This document shows positions 21,730 through 24,000 of a stretch of DNA of 24,000 nucleotides, piece by piece (the stretch's first letter is position 1; every line of letters begins with the position of its first letter). The DNA is from Brunnivagina elsteri CCALA 953 (lineage in GTDB: Bacteria; Cyanobacteriota; Cyanobacteriia; Cyanobacteriales; Nostocaceae): positions 5,174 through 29,173 of the forward strand of contig NZ_NTFS01000032.1 of assembly GCF_002289455.1 (NCBI RefSeq), in the 5' to 3' direction. Made by a program: the position numbers and the translations under genes. Under the pieces are notes generated by a model. It was given only the letters and a program-made list of their open reading frames with translations. It was not told the DNA's origin and did not search any database.

Positions 21730-24000
21730 ATGCGAGTTTCTAAAGTTGCAATTATGACACTTGCCAGTGTTACTGCTGGCAATCTTTCTGAGTCGGTAAT
21801 AGCTGCACCAACAAATACTGACATACCAGCGAAAACTACTAGTAATTTCGTTGTACCTGTAATTGAAGTCAACAGGGAACGGATTGAGACAATTGCCCAA
21901 CCTGAAACCGGAGATTCCCCCCAATTCTCCCAAAATACAGTCAATGTGCAAAGTCATTCCGGCAACAATTCGACTGCGATCGCAAAGAATGGGGAAATTG
22001 GCAGACAAGGCAACGATGAGAAAGCTCCTGTACCTATTCCTGTTCCAATGTTTTCTGCTGTACGTGAGAAAACACCTGTACAAATTCCCGTACCGATGTT
22101 TTCTGCTCGGCGTGAAAAAGCACCCGTACCTATTCCCGTTCCTGCGATCGCAAACCGTACTCCAACAAAACCAGCTACTTCCAAAAAACCACCTGTTGCT
22201 GCAAAACCCTTAATACCAGCGAAAAAACCTGCTCAGGTTATTCCTCCGACTCCTGCAATTAACGATGAAAATTTAGTGGTTCCGGCTATTGATATTCAAA
22301 TAGTTGGTGCTACCCAAGAATTGCAAGATATAATTCGCCAAGTAATTAAAACTCAAGTTGGTGGTGAAACTAGTAAAGCCCAACTTCAAAAAGATATAGC
22401 CGCAATATTAGAGACAAAATTATTTATAAGTGCCCGTGTAAATAGTAACACTACAAAAGATGGCTTACGGGTTGTGTATCAAGTACAGCCATTAGTGGTG
22501 CGATCGCTCCAATTATCGGGGGCAAAAGCATTAACATATAAAGTCGTTCTCGAACCGTTCCAAAGTCAAATTAATCAACCTGTGAGTCCATCTCAGTTGG
22601 AAAATGCTGTTAAAAAGATTAATAAATGGTACAAAGATAACGGTTACAGTCTCGCAAGAGTAGTTTCGATTTTGCCTGATGAACAGGGTATTTTGACGGT
22701 GAATGTTGCTGAAGGGTTGGTTAGCGATATCAAATTCAAATTTGTGAGTGAAAATGGTGAAGACGTTGACGCTAAAGGGAAACCAGTCACAGGAAGGACT
22801 AAAACAGACTTTATCCGCAAGCAATTAAAATTAAAAACGGGTGACATATTTAAAGATGACGTGGTGCGAAAAGATATTCAGCAATTGTACGCATCCGGTT
22901 TATTTGAAAGTGTGAATATTAACCTCGAAGGGGATGCCACCAAAACTGATGTTGTTTACCAACTCAAAGAAACTGGAGCCAGAGCGATTAATGTCGGAGG
23001 TAGCTATAATGCCGATCAAGGTATTTTAGGTACTTTAAATTACCAAGACAGAAATGTCGGTGGGATTAACGATACATTGAATGCTAACGTTCAAGTTGGT
23101 AGACGGGATTTCCTCTTTGATAGTAGCTTTAATAGTCCTTACCGCACCACCGACCCCAACCGCAACGGTTATACCATCAACGTTTTCCGCAAACGGGGAC
23201 TTTCCGACACCTTCGATGGGGATATTAAACTCCTAAATGGCGATCGCATTCGTGAAGGTAAAGTCGGAGCAAGCGTTAGTTTTCAGCGTCCCATCGATGA
23301 TTGGGATGCTTCCCTCGGTTTTAATTATACCAGGGTAAGTATACGCGATCGCGATGGCAAAATCTCCCCCACCGATGAACAAGGCAATCCTCTCACCCTC
23401 AGTGGTTCGGGCATTGATGACCTGGCAACGGTATCATTTGCAGCCACAAAAGACCAGCGCGACAACCCACTCAATCCCACCAAAGGCTCGATTCTCAAAC
23501 TCAGTACCGAGCAATCAGTACCCATTGGCAACGGAGCCATTTCCATGAACCGTTTCCAAGCCAATTACAGCCAATACACACCAGTTCAAGTCTACAAAAG
23601 CAAACAACCCCAAGTCTTTGCTCTCAACGTCCAAGCGGGAACCGTTTTAGGCGATTTACCACCCTACGAAAGCTTTAATATTGGTGGTCCCAACTCAGTA
23701 CGTGGTTACGATTCCGGCGACATTGGCAGTGGTCGTAGCTACGTACTTGCCTCCGCCGAGTATCGCTTCCCCATCCTCCAAGCATTAGGAGGTGTGGTCT
23801 TTGCTGATTTCGGCTCAGACTTAGGCTCTGGTGATACTGTCCCAGGTAATCCTGCTGGAGTTCGCAACAAACCAGGAATCGGTTTTGGTTATGGCGCAGG
23901 TGTCAGATTTGACTCGCCCCTGGGTTTACTCCGTGCCGACTACGGCATCAACGATCAAGGTGAAAGTCGCTTACATTTTGGGGTTGGACAAAGGTTCTAG
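21730..24000 (+). CDS. Omp85/BamA-family outer-membrane protein (Pro-rich N-terminus, POTRA repeats, C-terminal beta-barrel)
   Basis: The start is taken at MRVSKVAIMTLASVTAG (signal-like). The Pro-rich region is followed by POTRA-like segments, then a barrel with NIGGPNSVRGYD and a terminal ...LHFGVGQRF aromatic end. The stop falls at the last base of the window. Confidence 0.85.
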   Translation: MRVSKVAIMTLASVTAGNLSESVIAAPTNTDIPAKTTSNFVVPVIEVNRERIETIAQPETGDSPQFSQNTVNVQSHSGNNSTAIAKNGEIGRQGNDEKAPVPIPVPMFSAVREKTPVQIPVPMFSARREKAPVPIPVPAIANRTPTKPATSKKPPVAAKPLIPAKKPAQVIPPTPAINDENLVVPAIDIQIVGATQELQDIIRQVIKTQVGGETSKAQLQKDIAAILETKLFISARVNSNTTKDGLRVVYQVQPLVVRSLQLSGAKALTYKVVLEPFQSQINQPVSPSQLENAVKKINKWYKDNGYSLARVVSILPDEQGILTVNVAEGLVSDIKFKFVSENGEDVDAKGKPVTGRTKTDFIRKQLKLKTGDIFKDDVVRKDIQQLYASGLFESVNINLEGDATKTDVVYQLKETGARAINVGGSYNADQGILGTLNYQDRNVGGINDTLNANVQVGRRDFLFDSSFNSPYRTTDPNRNGYTINVFRKRGLSDTFDGDIKLLNGDRIREGKVGASVSFQRPIDDWDASLGFNYTRVSIRDRDGKISPTDEQGNPLTLSGSGIDDLATVSFAATKDQRDNPLNPTKGSILKLSTEQSVPIGNGAISMNRFQANYSQYTPVQVYKSKQPQVFALNVQAGTVLGDLPPYESFNIGGPNSVRGYDSGDIGSGRSYVLASAEYRFPILQALGGVVFADFGSDLGSGDTVPGNPAGVRNKPGIGFGYGAGVRFDSPLGLLRADYGINDQGESRLHFGVGQRF

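Overview
The window looks like chromosome from a filamentous, Nostocales-like cyanobacterium. This is inferred from the many GCGATCGC (HIP1) sites, the heptamer STRR-like tracts, and core genes such as TldD, DUF2079, GT4, an LpxB-related protein and Omp85. Two parts stand out.

(1) Positions 1 to about 10082 are the right-hand part of an integrated mobile element that runs off the left edge. It carries:
- the 3' part of a group II intron (RT/maturase/HNH ORF plus domains V and VI) sitting inside an element gene;
- several small unknown ORFs and an unannotated 56-aa RHH protein;
- a Toprim+VirE-type primase/helicase whose gene holds ten copies of a 9-mer in alternating orientation and is preceded by an in-frame TAA;
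- a DUF3596-type tyrosine integrase that abuts a tRNA-Ser(CGA) gene truncated in its T-loop.

(2) Positions 10.1-24 kb are housekeeping genes separated by small mobile DNA. The most notable item is a stand-alone IscB gene (RuvC/HNH, OMEGA-class RNA-guided nuclease, 15716-16999). It has about 250 nt of ORF-free, stem-rich sequence upstream, which is a candidate omega RNA. Hairpins on each side of the gene differ only by compensatory base changes, and there is no tnpA.

Other features are nested MITE-like repeats that fill a whole intergenic gap, an integrase gene fragment, palindromic repeat units and STRR tracts. No CRISPR array and no rRNA were seen. All calls come from reading the sequence and the ORF translations; no database search was run.
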